Source: Gammaproteobacteria bacterium
GTDB lineage: Bacteria; Pseudomonadota; Gammaproteobacteria; G965277405
Length of the DNA: 64,000 bases
Assembly: GCA_965277405.1 (NCBI GenBank)
Contig: OZ255726.1
Location: forward strand, 640,001 to 704,000
Direction of reading: 5' to 3'
Shown: positions 1-10,074 of the stretch, one piece after another
Numbering within the stretch: position 1 is the first letter of the stretch
Layout of the letters: the number at the start of each line of letters is the position of its first letter
The notes under the pieces: model-generated
The model's database searches: none
What the model was told of the DNA's origin: nothing
The model's input: the letters and a program-made list of their open reading frames with translations, nothing else
Made by a program: the position numbers and the translations under genes

Positions 1-714
1 GTCAACTCAAACGCCATGACAGACGGCAAGCGCCCGCTTGCTGCAGATCAATTTTACACCCGTCTTGCTCAACGTTTGTTGCACCTTGTGTCAACCCCAT
101 GCCTGCATGGTAGCGCCTATGATGTGGACACTCGACTGCGCCCACAAGGGAGCAAAGGCATGTTAGTGTACGCTCTTTCTCACCTAGAACGATATTTCAA
201 TGAACAAGCGTGGACATGGGAAATTCAAGCACTGATTCGTGCGCGACCTATTTGTGGTGATCCTGCTATCATGCAAGACTTTGCAGATATTCGCAGTCGC
301 GTGCTGCAACAACACCGCGAACAATCACAGCTACGTCAAGATATCGGCTGGATGCGCGGGCGTATCCGCGCGGCCAAAGGCAACACATCCGCTAAATTGC
401 TGGCAGGAGGGATAGTTGATATTGAGTTTTTGAGCCAATATTTGCTGTTATTGCACAGCCATATATTACCAACAATTACCCAAGCTGATAACACAATTGA
501 TGTCTGTAAAGCGCTATATAGGCACGGGGTGATTGATGCCGACACCCTGACGTTGCTGGTCGATTCGTATTGCGAGCAACGCGATGCAATTCATCTACAA
601 ACGTTATTAGATACACCACCTGATGTGCGTACTCACCCACAGATTATTGCGCAATGGAATAAACATATTGGTAACATTGAGCAGTTTACTCGCCCAGCAA
701 AATCACAAAAATAA
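1..714 (+). CDS. glnE: Glutamine synthetase adenylyltransferase, C-terminal part (5'-truncated by window edge)
   Basis: Motifs YDVDTRLRPQGSKG, EQAWTWEIQALIRAR and GGIVDIEF; frame is open back to position 1. Confidence 0.9.
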   Translation, partial: VNSNAMTDGKRPLAADQFYTRLAQRLLHLVSTPCLHGSAYDVDTRLRPQGSKGMLVYALSHLERYFNEQAWTWEIQALIRARPICGDPAIMQDFADIRSRVLQQHREQSQLRQDIGWMRGRIRAAKGNTSAKLLAGGIVDIEFLSQYLLLLHSHILPTITQADNTIDVCKALYRHGVIDADTLTLLVDSYCEQRDAIHLQTLLDTPPDVRTHPQIIAQWNKHIGNIEQFTRPAKSQK

Positions 715-889
715 TTTAACAAACACTGCTATGATACTGCAGCAATTCAAGCGCTAGTACTAGCCATTATTTTTTTATGGTCAATGAGCGACGGCTACGG
801 TCATCCCCCCATTCTTAACAGCACACAGCAGCACAAGTTTGTAGGTAAGCCACATTTCACTTAAGCCACCTCCGTAGCATTTACATTAG

Positions 890-1173
890 GGAACCTCTGA
901 TTAAGTCGCTGATGGAGCGAGTTTGATGGCAATTGCTGATGATTGCAAGGCGCATTCCGCAGGCGCATGCTGTAGCATATACGCCAAGGGATGCAACACA
1001 GCAAGTACCGCTACCATCAAACCGTTGTATATTCAACAGAAGGACGGGAAAAAACGCTGCGCTAACGTCGTTGCAGCACTTAATAATACCACCAGTATTA
1101 TCTGCGCACTGCGTCTAGTTATCATCAGCGTTTTTTCTCCGTCTCGCCCATCATGGACTTAATCAGAGATTCC
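890..1173 (+). mobile_element. MITE copy 1 (284 bp, non-autonomous, IS5-type ends)
   Basis: Terminal IRs GGAACCTCTGATTAAGTC / GACTTAATCAGAGATTCC; TTAG on both sides (886-889, 1174-1177); same sequence recurs elsewhere in the window. Confidence 0.9.
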
Positions 1174-1177
1174 TTAG

Positions 1178-2416
1178 GGAAGCTCTGATTAAGACTCGCA
1201 TATATTCCAATAACTCGCATATACTCCAAAAAAATAATAGCAATAATTTTCAATGGTCAATATTTGACCATTTCGCTGATCTTCGTGTTGCTGTTTTACT
1301 GTTTTTTACTGTTTTTTATTGTTTTTCTTGAATTTTGGGCGGTTCTATCCTGTTAGTCGTCCTCGCAGCATGTATAAGTTCGTCAATGCAAGCAAAGAAA
1401 ATACTTGTACTCGATTCTTTTCTAGTCCTTTGTAGCGAGCTTTCTTATAACCAAACTGACATTTGATTACCCGAAAACAGTGCTCAATCCGGGCGCGCAC
1501 CTTAGAGTTCTGTGTATTGCGTTGGCGCTGCGAGGTGCTCATTTGCTGCTTTGGCTTGCGTTTATCATTCACACGCCAATCTATCCCAAGGTGACGCGAG
1601 CCGCGTTTATAACTGTCGCTCGTATATCCTGCATCGGCAAAGATGACCTTATCTGTTTCAAGCAGCAATTTGGGGAGTTCATTGATGTCCTCTTCATTCG
1701 CGGCTGTCGTGGTGGACCGCGGCTGTGGTGGTAGGCATTGCCGCGCTATGAATCATATTGCTATTAGCGTCAGTTCCTATATGAATCTTCATGCCAAAAT
1801 ACCACTGCTTGTCTTTCCTTGTTTGCTGCATTTCAGGATCCCGTTTTTTCTCTTTATTCTTCGTAGATGATGGCGCATTGATGGTCGTGGCATCAACCAT
1901 TGTCCCTTGTGAGATTATTATATTATTTTCCATACAATACTCATTCACGACAGCAAGTATCTTGACGCTGAGTTGATGTTTTTCTATGATCCTGCGGGCA
2001 AGTTCAAGATGGTAGTTTCATCAGGGATGGCATCGTCTATCAGCTCTATATGGGCAAAACGCCGCATGCTTTCCATGTCATATAGTGCTTCTTCTACCCC
2101 TGGGTCTGATAAGTTGTACCATTGCTGTAAAAAATAAATGCGTAACATGGTCTGCATATTAATCGGTGGGCGGCCATTCCCTTTCTTGGGATAATGCGGT
2201 TCTATTAACTCTAACAACTGTTGCCATGGAGCTAATTTGTCCATTAACTGCAAGAATTTTTCACGTTTTGTTGTTACTTTCTTGTGGTCGTATGCAGCAC
2301 TGGCAAAAGTTGTTTGTTGCATAAGATTATCCGCTTATTCAAATATTCAAATAGATTCACCATTGTATATCTTTGTAGCTGATATTGCTGTTGTTTGGGA
2401 CTTAATCAGAGCTTCC
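1178..2416 (-). mobile_element. IS5-family insertion sequence (1239 bp)
   Basis: Perfect 16-bp IR GGAAGCTCTGATTAAG at both ends; TTAG duplication (1174-1177, 2417-2420); internal transposase. Confidence 0.93.
1345..2322 (-). pseudogene. IS5-family DDE transposase, frameshifted into three ORFs
   Basis: ORFs 1984-2322 (GRPP..MLRIYFLQQWYNLSD..IPDETTIL), 1694-1948 (VDATTI..WYFGMKIHIG) and 1345-1668 (ADAGY..RARIEHCF..KARYKGL); breaks near 1998 and 1700-1740. Confidence 0.9.
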
Positions 2417-2582
2417 TTAGGAGACTAAATGCTTCTCATCCGTTAAATAAGCACGATTGCAGTTTCTCCATGGGTGGAATGCAGGGCGATATTTGCATTG
2501 CGGGTTTCAAGCGCTGGCGCGACATATTGAATTTTGACGGACAGCAAGCTGATATTATTAAGTTACCACAACGGAGACTATC

Positions 2583-3536
2583 GTGAAATATACCAAATTT
2601 GAGGCCAAAGAATATGCGAGAGAAAATATGCGCGGTATTTGGGCTGCCGCGTTAAACCCTTTTCATCAAGATGGATCATTTAACGCGGCTGGTCTGCGTG
2701 CCAATATTCGGCATTGGATTGATGATTTGGATATTCAGGGTCTTTTCATCGCAGGTAAGCAAGGAGAATTTTTTTCTATGTCAGTCACTGAACGCAAACA
2801 CAATTTCGAAATTGCGGTTGATGAATGCGGTGATAAGGCTGCGACAATTATGTCTGCATCCGACCAAAATGTGAACACAGTTTTAGAGCTTGCCTTGCAC
2901 GCGCAGAATTGCGGGGCTGATTACGTCGTTGTCCATGCACCTGTATTGAGTTTCTGCCACGACCGTGCTGCCCTGTTGCTTAATTATTACCAACATCTTT
3001 GCGATCACCTTGAAATTGGCATTGCCATGTGGAGCCATCCTGACAGCGGCTATCTTATGGAACCAGAAATCTGCGCGCGCATTGCCAAGTTACCAAATAT
3101 TGTGGCTATAAAATATTCGGTACCGCGTGAAATGTATGTGCGCCTCTCGCATCTGGTTGGTAATAGTATCCATGTTTCTACCTCAACAGAAGATGACTGG
3201 TTAGACAATATCGAGGAATTGGGTTGGAAACTGTATCTTTGTTCATCTCCTCCTTATCAATTACAAAGCAAGAATGATCGACGCATGCACGACTATACGC
3301 AACTGGCGTTTGCAGGGAAATTCAAAGAAGCGCGGCTAGTAAGAGACAGTTTAAACCCAGTTCGTGATGCGATTAAGAATACCAAACCAGGCGGTAAACC
3401 TACCGCCCATGGAAAATATTGGCAAGAACTATTAGGACAAGTTGGTGGGTGTGTCCGCCACCCTATGTTAGAACTAACAGACGAGGAAAAAGAACGGATA
3501 CGCAAGGCGTTTAATTGCTGCGGTTTACGATTGTAA
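2583..3536 (+). CDS. Dihydrodipicolinate synthase (DapA/NanA)-family aldolase/lyase, non-canonical
   Basis: GLFIAGKQGEFFSMS, GADYVVVHAP and NIVAIKYS (Schiff-base Lys) motifs. Confidence 0.8.
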   Translation: MKYTKFEAKEYARENMRGIWAAALNPFHQDGSFNAAGLRANIRHWIDDLDIQGLFIAGKQGEFFSMSVTERKHNFEIAVDECGDKAATIMSASDQNVNTVLELALHAQNCGADYVVVHAPVLSFCHDRAALLLNYYQHLCDHLEIGIAMWSHPDSGYLMEPEICARIAKLPNIVAIKYSVPREMYVRLSHLVGNSIHVSTSTEDDWLDNIEELGWKLYLCSSPPYQLQSKNDRRMHDYTQLAFAGKFKEARLVRDSLNPVRDAIKNTKPGGKPTAHGKYWQELLGQVGGCVRHPMLELTDEEKERIRKAFNCCGLRL

Positions 3537-3704
3537 CTGTGGCATCGTCGCTGTGCAGATAGCTGTGATTTTTTTGTTAAAAATTCGGATAGTCGCTGCG
3601 TCGATAACTAAACAGCAGCGATGAACCGATACAGATTAAAAACTTGAGCAGCTAAACCTGTCGCAGTTGGGCGGTTAATGATATGTCCAGCGCTAAATAC
3701 CTGT

Positions 3705-3997
3705 GGAACCTCTGATTAATTCCATGATGGGCGAGATGGAGAAAAAACGTTGATGAAACTTAAGCGCAGTGAGCAGATAATACTGGTGGTCTTGTGGGTG
3801 CTGCCAAGTGCTGCAACGACGTTAGCGCAGCGTTTTTTCCCGTCCTTTTGTTGAATATACTTTGGGTTTGCTGCAGCGGTACTTGCTGTGTTGCATCCCT
3901 TGGCATATATGCTACGGCATGCGCCTGCGGAATGCGCCTTGGAATCATCAGCAATTGCAGGCAAACTCGCTCCATCAGCGAGTTAATCAGAGGTTCC
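3705..3997 (-). mobile_element. MITE copy 2
   Basis: IRs GGAACCTCTGATTAA / TTAATCAGAGGTTCC; reverse complement of copy 1 with a longer inner loop. Confidence 0.88.
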
Positions 3998-4196
3998 TTA
4001 AGTCCATGATGGGCGTGACGGCGCAACAACGCTGCTGATAACTTAAGTGCAGTGCCAAGCTAACACTGCTGGGTCTTGTGGGTATTGTGGGTATTGTGGG
4101 TATTGCCAAGTACTACAACGACGCAGCGCAGCGTTTTTTTCCGTCCCTCTGTTGCATATATATACTTTTGGTATGCGGCAGTTGTTTATGCTTATT
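3998..4196 (-). mobile_element. Older degenerate MITE fragment with a 9-bp tandem repeat
   Basis: Begins TTAAGTCCATGATGGGCG (MITE end lacking the outer IR); GGGTATTGT-type 9-mer repeated about 4 times near 4070-4106. Confidence 0.7.
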
Positions 4197-5395
4197 AAGA
4201 CCATTGCATTAACAGATATTTTCATAATAAATATCTGTATTCCTCATCACTCAAAAAATCATCTTATGCGGAGTATCAACAGGTTAAAATCTTAGTTTTA
4301 GTGATGCTTTGGTGGAAATTCCCTCTAGTAAACTTGATTGTTTGAAGACCTCATAGATTGGAAAGATCTTCGCCAACACCTGCGCATTGTGCGTGGAGAC
4401 TATGACAATATCAGTATGTTTCAAATACTCTTATTACCAACATGGTACGACTTAGCGGATGAAGCAGTGAGCCATGCAGTTGCTCGCGCTTTAGTTTTCT
4501 TAAACTTTTGTAATTTTACTCTTGCAGGCAGCTAATGCGGCAATGTGTGTCGTTTTCGGAAAAAGGTAACCACATAATCTTTTCAAAGCCCTCCTTGATA
4601 GCAGCAACGCTGCCATTGAACGTCACGGCTTAAAACTTAGCAATGCCAATATGTATCGGCGGATGCTACGTTGATACAAAGTGCTCGTCGTCCACGCCAG
4701 AAGCTATCGAGTACGAATTAGCGGATGGAACATATGAATTAGGAGAAGTTTAATATGCCGATGATGTTGCTGCGTCATGGATGAGCAAAGGTGATAAGTT
4801 GCTGTATGGATATAACTCTACTGTTGTAACAGATGAACATGGTATAGCGTAATCTATTGATACGCATGCGGCGAATACCAGCGAGATGGGTAGATTTTCA
4901 GATTGATATAGCACAAAGTAGGGCAAACGCTTATGTATGGATATGGATAGGATAAGGGAGCTGCCAGCAAAGCAAATCTAGGTGATAAGCTAATTCATGA
5001 TGGAATTATGCGGAAAAAGCCACGCGGTAAAGCAATGCCACACTGGCAAAAGGTTGGTAACAAGTTGATATCATCAAAACGTTTTGTGGTCGAGAGAACT
5101 TCCGCACAATGAAAAGGGTGTATGGTCTTCACCGCGCACGATATCTTGGAATAGCCAAAGTCCATGCTGAGGTTATAACTAAGGCGATGGCGTATAACTT
5201 GAAAAGGGCTATCAACTTATATCAAGAACAGCAGAAGTATTGCTCTTAAATGTTGGGAAATAGGACCAAAAAAGACCAGACAAATGGGCATATATGCACC
5301 ATTTTCGGCACATTCTATGTTTTTTTAGTAAAAATCTCCAATTTGCAATGTTTTACTCTTCAAAGCAAAAAGTGATGGGGTATTGCAGTGGTCTT
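4197..5395 (+). mobile_element. Degraded second IS5-family element (IS1106-like ends) with a transposase pseudogene
   Basis: Imperfect IRs AAGACCATTGCA / TGCAGTGGTCTT about 1.2 kb apart; transposase fragments (IDWKDL..MFQILLL..WYDLAD; RFVVERT; ARYLGIAKVHAEV) with many stops and frameshifts. Confidence 0.75.
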
Positions 5396-5546
5396 GCTAT
5401 GTGTTGCAATCACCGGGTTTGCAGAGATGCCTGGTTATAGTGCCAAGGCTGCGTGTGCTTTGCTGAGAATAAAATTCACAATATCGCGACTTAATTAAGC
5501 ATACCTTTAGTATATTGCGCGTAATACCACCACTCATAAGGAATAC

Positions 5547-6272
5547 ATGCCTTACAAAAAATTGATTGACGGGTTCAGGGTTTTTCAGGCAGATTATCTG
5601 ACAGCAAACAACAAAGATGAATTTCAGAAACTCGTTCTAGAAGGGCAAAAACCTACAACATTAGTGATTGCTTGTTCTGATTCACGCATTGATCCAGCCA
5701 TTATCACCAATAGCAAACCAGGGGATTTCTTTGCAGTACGCAATGTTGCCGCACTCGTTCCACCATATGACAACAGCGATTCCCTCCACGGCACAAGTTC
5801 CGCCATTGAATACGCTGTGCGGTTTTTGCAAGTTAAACATATTGTCATTCTCGGGCATGCAAATTGTGGAGGAATTCAGGCATTGGCAACTAACAATTAT
5901 GCGATCGACACCGATAGCAGTTTCCACTTTATTGAGCAGTGGTTGAACATTGCCAAAGATGCTAAGGAATTAGTGTCTAAGCAGTTTGCCACATATGATC
6001 AAACGACACAAACACGTATCTTGGAGCGTGCCGCGATATTAGTCTCTTTGCATAATTTACTCACGTTTCCGTGGATTGCCGATAAATGTCAGGCGAACGA
6101 ACTCAACATCCATGGCTGGTTTTTTGATATAAACGCTTCTGAATTACTAGAATATGACTGTGAGTCTGCCAGTTTTATCGATGTGCTTAAACATGAAATT
6201 ACCCCGTTAACTACGCATCCTGATATGACTGCATTTCTGAGCAATTGTGATTGCCATAATTTAGCTCAGTAA
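5547..6272 (+). CDS. Beta-class carbonic anhydrase
   Basis: IACSDSR, RNVAALV and ILGHANCGG zinc-binding motifs. Confidence 0.93.
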   Translation: MPYKKLIDGFRVFQADYLTANNKDEFQKLVLEGQKPTTLVIACSDSRIDPAIITNSKPGDFFAVRNVAALVPPYDNSDSLHGTSSAIEYAVRFLQVKHIVILGHANCGGIQALATNNYAIDTDSSFHFIEQWLNIAKDAKELVSKQFATYDQTTQTRILERAAILVSLHNLLTFPWIADKCQANELNIHGWFFDINASELLEYDCESASFIDVLKHEITPLTTHPDMTAFLSNCDCHNLAQ

Positions 6273-6283
6273 TATTGAAATCG

Positions 6284-7018
6284 ATGTTTTCTGAACACAT
6301 CAATACCCATTGTGGCGGTCGAATATTTCACTTTGACAGCATCGCCTCGACGAATTCGTTTCTGATTAACCACGCTGCACCAGCTATTTGTACCGCAAAT
6401 CATCAAACAGCTGGCCGTGGTCGCCATGGCAAAATATGGCAAAGTACAGCAGGCCATGGCATTGCTCTGTCAATATCATGGCCTGTTGATACGCTTGAAC
6501 ATTCAACTGGATTGAGCTTGGTAATTGGTATTGCTGTGTTGCGTGTATTGCAACAATACGGCATTGCCGCAAAAGTAAAATGGCCAAATGATTTACTGAT
6601 ATACAATGGCAATGGTCAATTACAAAAAGTGGCAGGAATATTGATAGAAGTTCACCAAGATGCTGGTGGGCATAAACTTATCATCGGCTGTGGAGTGAAT
6701 GTGTTTTCTGCACCTGATGGTGCAACATTTCTACAACATCATACTAACATTCAGCTAGATATAGCGCTGCTCATCCGCCAGTGTGTTGATGAAATATGCG
6801 TGGCTTGTCAACAATTCTTTCAATATGGATTGCTGACGTTTCGACCACAATGGCTGCAACATGCAGCGTTTATCCACAAGCCAGTCACGCTACAACAAAC
6901 TGATATTATCCACTCTGGCTTGTTTATCGATATAGATACTATTGGGGCTTTAGTCCTTGAGCAGCATGGCATTCATCATGCTTTTAGCAGCGGTACATTG
7001 CGGTTGGCTACACCTTGA
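6284..7018 (+). CDS. birA: Biotin--[acetyl-CoA-carboxylase] ligase (no N-terminal HTH)
   Basis: STN, QTAGRGRHG, KWPNDL and KVAGILIE motifs; ATG at 6284 preferred over TTG at 6275. Confidence 0.9.
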   Translation: MFSEHINTHCGGRIFHFDSIASTNSFLINHAAPAICTANHQTAGRGRHGKIWQSTAGHGIALSISWPVDTLEHSTGLSLVIGIAVLRVLQQYGIAAKVKWPNDLLIYNGNGQLQKVAGILIEVHQDAGGHKLIIGCGVNVFSAPDGATFLQHHTNIQLDIALLIRQCVDEICVACQQFFQYGLLTFRPQWLQHAAFIHKPVTLQQTDIIHSGLFIDIDTIGALVLEQHGIHHAFSSGTLRLATP

Positions 7019-7707
7019 TGAGCAGCCTATATATTGACCACGGTAATTCATCGTGCAAGTGGTGCTCTGATGGCGCAAATAATGTGCACAGTGGCAATTT
7101 GGGTGATTTGCGTAAATGGCTGGCTATGTACCCGCAGCAGTCTGTGTATATTGCCTCCGTTAGCGCCAATGCTGCTGCACTTGCTGCACTATTTGGCTGC
7201 GACACTGTGGTTACTTGGCTGCAAAGCAATGCACAATGGCATGAGTTAACCAATGCCTATTCGCCGCCAAATGGTTTAGGTGTTGATCGTTGGTGTGCGA
7301 TGATTGCGGCGTGGGCTAGTCTGCGGCATCAGTCGTTATGCGTTATTAGCTGTGGCAGTGCGACTACAATAGATTTTGTCAATGCTGATGGGCGACATCT
7401 AGGGGGGTTAATTACACTTGGCGTTACGGGGGCATTTCACGCGCTTGCTGGTGCAACCAATCTACCGATAGTTACTGTGCGTGAGCGCATCCAACCATAT
7501 GCGAACAATACCCAAGATGCAATCAATAGTGGTATATTAGGTATGATTGTTAATTGGCTGAACGCGCAAATACAGCAGCAGTTACCATCAAAAATAGTAG
7601 TCTATGGTGGTAATAGCGGCATAATTGCAAAACACTTACAATACCCTTATGTCATTCAAGATCATTTGGCACTTACAGGAATACAACTACAATGCGAATA
7701 CTCATAA
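7015..7707 (+). CDS. coaX: Type III pantothenate kinase
   Basis: IDHGNSSCKW, LGVDRW, CGSATTIDFV and HLGGLI motifs; follows birA. Confidence 0.88.
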   Translation: MMSSLYIDHGNSSCKWCSDGANNVHSGNLGDLRKWLAMYPQQSVYIASVSANAAALAALFGCDTVVTWLQSNAQWHELTNAYSPPNGLGVDRWCAMIAAWASLRHQSLCVISCGSATTIDFVNADGRHLGGLITLGVTGAFHALAGATNLPIVTVRERIQPYANNTQDAINSGILGMIVNWLNAQIQQQLPSKIVVYGGNSGIIAKHLQYPYVIQDHLALTGIQLQCEYS

Positions 7708-8486
7708 TAGTTCTAGCGGTCATCAACGTCGGTGTATTTATCATTTTCTTCCCCGACATCATGAACTCGTGGCAATCACCTGCTATGCAGGATCAGCTGT
7801 CGCAGACCATATTAGCAAAATTCAATAGTAATGATACGCCGCTGCAAAACACTGCTGCGCAGCAATCTACAGCAGTTACTACAGCGCTTAGCGATGCAGT
7901 TAGCCCTACCAGTGCACTCAAACAAAACACTGCAGCTAATAAACAAAATGTCAACAACGCCTCGGTTGCAAGTGATGCCAATGCAGCGACTGTGCCTGTA
8001 GTGACTGAAATACAGGCAATGTGTATCCAAATTCAGCGGTTTAAAACAAAAAAAGCAGCGGAGTCAGTGAAGGTGTGGTTGAAAGCGCGCGGTGTGGTAA
8101 GTTTACTCAAAACCAATGTGCTGTTGGTAGACCAAATGTACCGAGTGTATATTGGCAATACAGTCAGCAAGTCAAATGCCAAGCGCTTACAAGATTGGGT
8201 GGCTGATAAAAGTGTAGATGGTTTTGTATACCGCAGTGGTACTGGGACTTGGAGAGTATCTGTTGGGTCATTTAGTAGTGAAGAACTTGCAAAAAAACAA
8301 GCAGAACAACTCAAACCAAGATTAGAAAACACTGCAATTAAAATCGAACAGTTGGCGCAAACAAAGTCATATTTCACTTTACGCATTGAAGGTGTGTCAC
8401 TCAGTCGCTACGACAGCATTGACGCCATCATTCGCCAACAACAATTAAGCAAATACAAGGTTAGCACGCTTATATGTGGGCAATAA
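7692..8486 (+). CDS. SPOR-domain membrane-anchored protein
   Basis: N-terminal TM segment, low-complexity linker, SPOR-like repeats (WRVSVGSFSSEELA); conserved birA-coaX-SPOR context. Confidence 0.7.
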   Translation: MRILIIVLAVINVGVFIIFFPDIMNSWQSPAMQDQLSQTILAKFNSNDTPLQNTAAQQSTAVTTALSDAVSPTSALKQNTAANKQNVNNASVASDANAATVPVVTEIQAMCIQIQRFKTKKAAESVKVWLKARGVVSLLKTNVLLVDQMYRVYIGNTVSKSNAKRLQDWVADKSVDGFVYRSGTGTWRVSVGSFSSEELAKKQAEQLKPRLENTAIKIEQLAQTKSYFTLRIEGVSLSRYDSIDAIIRQQQLSKYKVSTLICGQ

Positions 8487-8492
8487 ATAATA

Positions 8493-9179
8493 ATGTGGGT
8501 TGATATCACCACAATTCTTGGACTTACAGCACTCGAGCTCGTCCTTGGCATTGATAATATTTTAATGATATCACTGCTGGTTGCGCATATTCCTCAGGAG
8601 CAGCGCCAAAACGTTCGCCTGCTTGGATTGACGTTTGCTTTGGTTGCGCGCATTTTAATGGTAATAGGTGCTGTATATCTTGCACAAATGGTAGACCCCA
8701 TTGTTTTGATTTTTTCATTGCGTGACTTGTTGTTTTTATTTGGTGGGGCATTCCTGCTGTATAAGTCCACAGAAGAAATCCTGTATATCTTTCGACCCAA
8801 AGATATAGCAGTCAAAACAGTGTCCCCAAAAAAAAGCATCCTAGTGCTGCAGATTATTGCCATGGATATGGTGTTTGCATTAGATTCTGTGCTCACCGCA
8901 ATCGCTGTAACGGAAAACACATGGATCATTATTGTGGCAGTCATTTTATCATTTATCATTGTGATGATTTTCGCAGGAGCAATTAGCGATTTCATCTGGC
9001 GCAACAAGTATATAAAAGTGATTGCTCTGGGCTTTTTATTTGCCATCGGTATTGCGCTTGTGACCGCGGCGTTTCATTTTACCTTCAATAAAAGTATTCT
9101 GTATGCACTGGTTGGAATTGCCTTGGTTATCGAATTTGGGCGTTTAGCATGGTTGCGCTGGAAGCGTCATGCCACGTAA
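8493..9179 (+). CDS. TerC-family integral membrane protein
   Basis: LELVLGIDN and QIIAMDMVFALDSVLTAI motifs. Confidence 0.88.
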   Translation: MWVDITTILGLTALELVLGIDNILMISLLVAHIPQEQRQNVRLLGLTFALVARILMVIGAVYLAQMVDPIVLIFSLRDLLFLFGGAFLLYKSTEEILYIFRPKDIAVKTVSPKKSILVLQIIAMDMVFALDSVLTAIAVTENTWIIIVAVILSFIIVMIFAGAISDFIWRNKYIKVIALGFLFAIGIALVTAAFHFTFNKSILYALVGIALVIEFGRLAWLRWKRHAT

Positions 9180-10074
9180 AAAAATCACCATTGCCACACG
9201 CAAAAGTCCATTGGCAATGTGGCAAACAGAATTTGTTCGCGACCAGCTGCAACAGCTCTACCCAGATATTGAGATTGTCTTACTCCCTATGCTCAGCAGC
9301 GGTGATCTGCGCTTGGATGCCCCATTATATGAAATCGGCGGTAAGGGTTTATTTATGAAAGAACTTGAGCTTGCATTACTCAATGGCTCCGCAGACATCG
9401 CAGTGCACTCGCTCAAGGATGTTCCGGCACGCCTTGAAGAACCATTTTCATTAGCTGCAATTTTGCAGCGCGGCAATGTCCATGATGCTTTAGTTGGCAG
9501 CAGTGGCGGTATCGCGCAGCTGCCAGAAAACGCAATAGTTGGCACATCAAGCAAACGCAGAAAACTACAATTACTTGCGATAAGACCAGACCTACAAATT
9601 ATCCCTGTACGCGGCAACGTGCAGACGCGTTTAGCTACAATACAACCGTCTGTTATTGATGCAGTCGTGTTAGCACAAGCAGGTCTTGAGCGCTTAGGTA
9701 TTGACAGCTATCCTTCTTCACTTTTGTCGACTGATGTCATGCTCCCAGCAGCAGGTCAAGGAGCATTAACAATTGAATGTGTCGCAACAAGAACAGATAT
9801 TATCGAACAGCTTGCTCCATTCCACCACCAACACACGGCAATATGCTGTACCACTGAACGTGATTTTGTTGCTGCCTTGGGTTTGGGATGTACTTCGCCT
9901 GTTGCCGCCTATGCAACGCTTGCAGATGGTATACTGTCGCTACAGACCTATTTTGTTGGTAGCAAGACCTACCGTCAACAACTGTCTGCGGCTGTAGCAG
10001 ACTATCGAACCCTAGGTCAAAAACTCGCTGCGCATATTACCGACGATGAAGTTACGCTTTCCCAGCAACACTAA
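9169..10074 (+). CDS. hemC: Hydroxymethylbilane synthase
   Basis: IATRKSPLAMWQ, GGKGLFMKELE, AVHSLKDVP and RGNVQTRL motifs. Confidence 0.96.
   Translation: MPRKKITIATRKSPLAMWQTEFVRDQLQQLYPDIEIVLLPMLSSGDLRLDAPLYEIGGKGLFMKELELALLNGSADIAVHSLKDVPARLEEPFSLAAILQRGNVHDALVGSSGGIAQLPENAIVGTSSKRRKLQLLAIRPDLQIIPVRGNVQTRLATIQPSVIDAVVLAQAGLERLGIDSYPSSLLSTDVMLPAAGQGALTIECVATRTDIIEQLAPFHHQHTAICCTTERDFVAALGLGCTSPVAAYATLADGILSLQTYFVGSKTYRQQLSAAVADYRTLGQKLAAHITDDEVTLSQQH

Noticed and set aside
923-1162. Recurrent ~80-aa Cys-rich ORF (MMAIADDCKAHSAG..) also at 3716, 32686, 35367, 40570 and 53240
   Set aside because: It lies wholly within the MITE, and indels between copies shift the frame and remove the ATG, so it is probably not a selected protein.
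1195-1325. Short direct repeats (ACTCGCATATA.TCCAA twice; CTGTTTTTA-like three times)
   Set aside because: Internal to the non-coding end of the IS; probably slippage duplications with no separate function.
1345-2322. Programmed frameshifting in the IS5 transposase
   Set aside because: There are two separate breaks, one with a local duplication, and no slippery A-run at the junctions; mutation or assembly error is more likely.
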